A DNA stretch of 64,000 nt from Flectonema sp. DT1601 (lineage: Eukaryota): NCBI GenBank assembly GCA_964019425.1, contig OZ025788.1:1240001-1304000 (forward strand), given 5' to 3'. A model generated the notes under the pieces. It did no database searches and was not told the origin of the DNA. It saw nothing but the letters and a program-made list of their open reading frames with translations. The position numbers and the translations under genes are program-made. Position 1 is the first letter of the stretch. The number at the start of each line of letters is the position of its first letter. Below, in pieces: positions 27,001 through 30,000 of the stretch.

Positions 27001-30000
27001 GCGAGTGCCAAGACGGTATCACCGGAGATGCCTCATGCGTATGCGACTTCGGGTTTGCTGGAACTCTTTGCGAGAAGGAATGTCCGAAATCAATATCTGG
27101 TGTGACCTGTTCAGATAGTGGTACCTGTAACATTACTTTAGGTATCTGTATGTGTAATAATTATTATTATGGTGATGCTTGTCAGACTTATTGTAATGAA
27201 GCAGAGACGTGTTTAGATTTACTCGACCCCGTCCTACTCGCATCAGATCCAAAGAACGTTTATCCATCCACTTGGAAACCTGTTGTGTGTAATTCTACTG
27301 GTGAGTGTAATTGTTATCAATTAGGAGGTCAGAGAGGTTTCTGGGATGGTCCATTCTGTGCAGAATGTATGTACGGCTACAAGGGTTATTTATGTAACAG
27401 AAAGTGTGAATGTAGTGATCACGGATTATGTGATCGATACTCTGGTAAATGTCTTTGTGATAGTGATTCAATTAGAGGTTATTGGGATGGTAATGCTTGT
27501 GATAGATGTCTAACTGGTTGGATTGGATCTGATTGTAAGGAACCGAATGTAGACTTGTCTCGTGTTGGAAATATTGAAGCTGGATCAGTCAGCAAAAAAC
27601 AAAAATCAGTCGGAACAGGTATCGCATTATTCGATTCTGTAACTGGTTGGGTTTGGGGAGGCTCATGGCCCATAACCAGATTCCGACAACTGGACCCGAC
27701 ACTCGCACCAGAAGAAGAAGAACTGGATCTTGGTGGTGCAGCTACTGCTTCATTCTTTTCTGGTAACTGGGCTATCGTTACTGTTAGAGTCTTATTCCCT
27801 CAAGGAACACCTGATGGTGAATGTTTCTTAGGCAACACTAAAGTCGCAACTACATCAGCACGAGCACAAGCAAAACGCGCTTGTTTATCAAACCCATCTG
27901 TAGCAGAAATGCAACAAGGAGGCTTTACTTGGGTACCTGGAGAAAGACAAGCTGACAGAGTTGTTAGAGTTCACAAAGATACTTTCTTAGTAGACACAGA
28001 TATTGTTTATCTTCCTTGTAATAGTTGTGTTACTAATTTAATTAACTTTGATGAATCTCATGAGATTCTTTACCTGTACTTGAATCCAGGAATTATAAGT
28101 TCTGATAAAAGTATAGAAGTATTGTCTGTGTCGAATATCGCAGGGATCAGTAGTATTCATAATACACCTCTTCAAACTGCAACAGGAAGAGTTACAGCTA
28201 TTCAATTAGCAACAACAACAACTGTCGATATCCACGCCAACACTGTTGGAGGAAATGCAATAGTTGTATCTCTGAGTCGATACAGCATGGTCAATAGAGG
28301 AATTCAAGTACTTGCTGGAGGTAGCAGCGACTGGGTTTTTGCAACAGTCGCAACATGCAGAAAGGTCTCATGCATCGTAGGAGCTTCTGTCAATAGCGGA
28401 GGGTACACTTATTATGCTTTAGAACATCCTGCTCCAGCAGGCTCACCACGAATATTACTAGTAAAAGCTGACCCCTCAACAAAGACAGCTATCTCTTCAG
28501 TAGTACCATATCCAGATGAGGTAGGTGTTGAACATATTATTGTTGATCCTAACAGTAATCTCGGATTCATTGCTGTAAATAACAGAGCACAGCAATCAGA
28601 TACTCCGAATGCTCCAGGAGTTATATTTAAATGGTCAATGCAAACACTGTCTGTTGTAGGTAGGATTAGTCTTAATAAAGTTGGTGTAAATTTAGAAACA
28701 GTCCTCGCCTTCTCAATCAACAATGTTGAACGAGTAATGTACGTCTCTATAGCACTTCCACAGCTTCGTATTATGCAAATAACACTTTACAGTGTGTCTG
28801 AGTTGCAACCACCGTATGCAGATCTACGCGGAGGTACACCAATTATGGTAATTGGTGAAGGCTTTATCCAAAGCCCTAATGGAACATTATGTAAGTTTGG
28901 AACAAACACGTATGAAGGAACTTATGTAGATAGTAGTCATATTCGTTGTTTAAGTCCAATTGCGGAGACTACTGCGGGATGTGCTTCAATTGTGTTAGAG
29001 GTTTCAGTAGCGAGTAATAGGTTTACAGATAATAAGAAGTCACTTGGATTCGCTAATACTCCAATTATTGATACGGTCTTTCCAACAAAAGGATCGTTTT
29101 CTGAGAATGTCGTTATTACGGTTTCGGGTTTTGGTTTTCAAGATGCAAAGCAATTTTTAAAATGCCGATTTGGTCCGAAAGCCAAAAGATCCATCACTGG
29201 CACAGAACCACCAGATGCTAATGTATACTACACAAGAGCTACTTACACTGGATCTAGACAAGTTCTTTGTGAACAACCAATAAGGTCAGGACCGAGTCCT
29301 GTAAATAGTGTTTTAGAAGTTGCTGTTGACGGACAGTATTACAGTTCTTCTAATGTTGAATATGAGACTTTAGGAACACCGAGTCAGTTTATTGTTTTAT
29401 TTTATCAAAATAGAATGTCACCAGTTGGGATGACATCATTATCAGTAAAGTCTGAATCAATTAGTCATCTTGGAATATTAATTGGTCGTCGTCATGATGA
29501 TGTTAATCACTTTGTTGAAAGTGATCAATCATTTCAGGGAGCTACAGCTACTATGAGATTGACTTCTCCTGAAGGTCACGATGCGACTCATTTACTTTAT
29601 GGAAATATCTCTTTAGAATTATTTCATGGACAAGTTGTGTTCTCTGGTGTCACAATGCAGAAACCTTTAATAGGATTGTATTTATTATCTGTTACACATT
29701 CACTTCAAGGATTCAAAGTTGGTGGTAGCCGATCAACTGTTTTAGAACTAACCGTCTCACAAGGAGATCCTCACGTATTAGTTTGGGCAATGAAAGGAAA
29801 CGTCTCCGATACAATAAAGCCTGATGGAACTCTACCAGGGATTAGCGTTCAACTCAGAGACGTTGCTGGAAACAGAGTCCGACTTGCTAGGACACAAGTA
29901 ATAATAAAAGCATCGCCATCAATACCTTTATCTGGTAATGTTCATGATCTCAATGAGTTAGGAATTGTTAACTTTGATGGTTTGATTGTATTCGCACTTC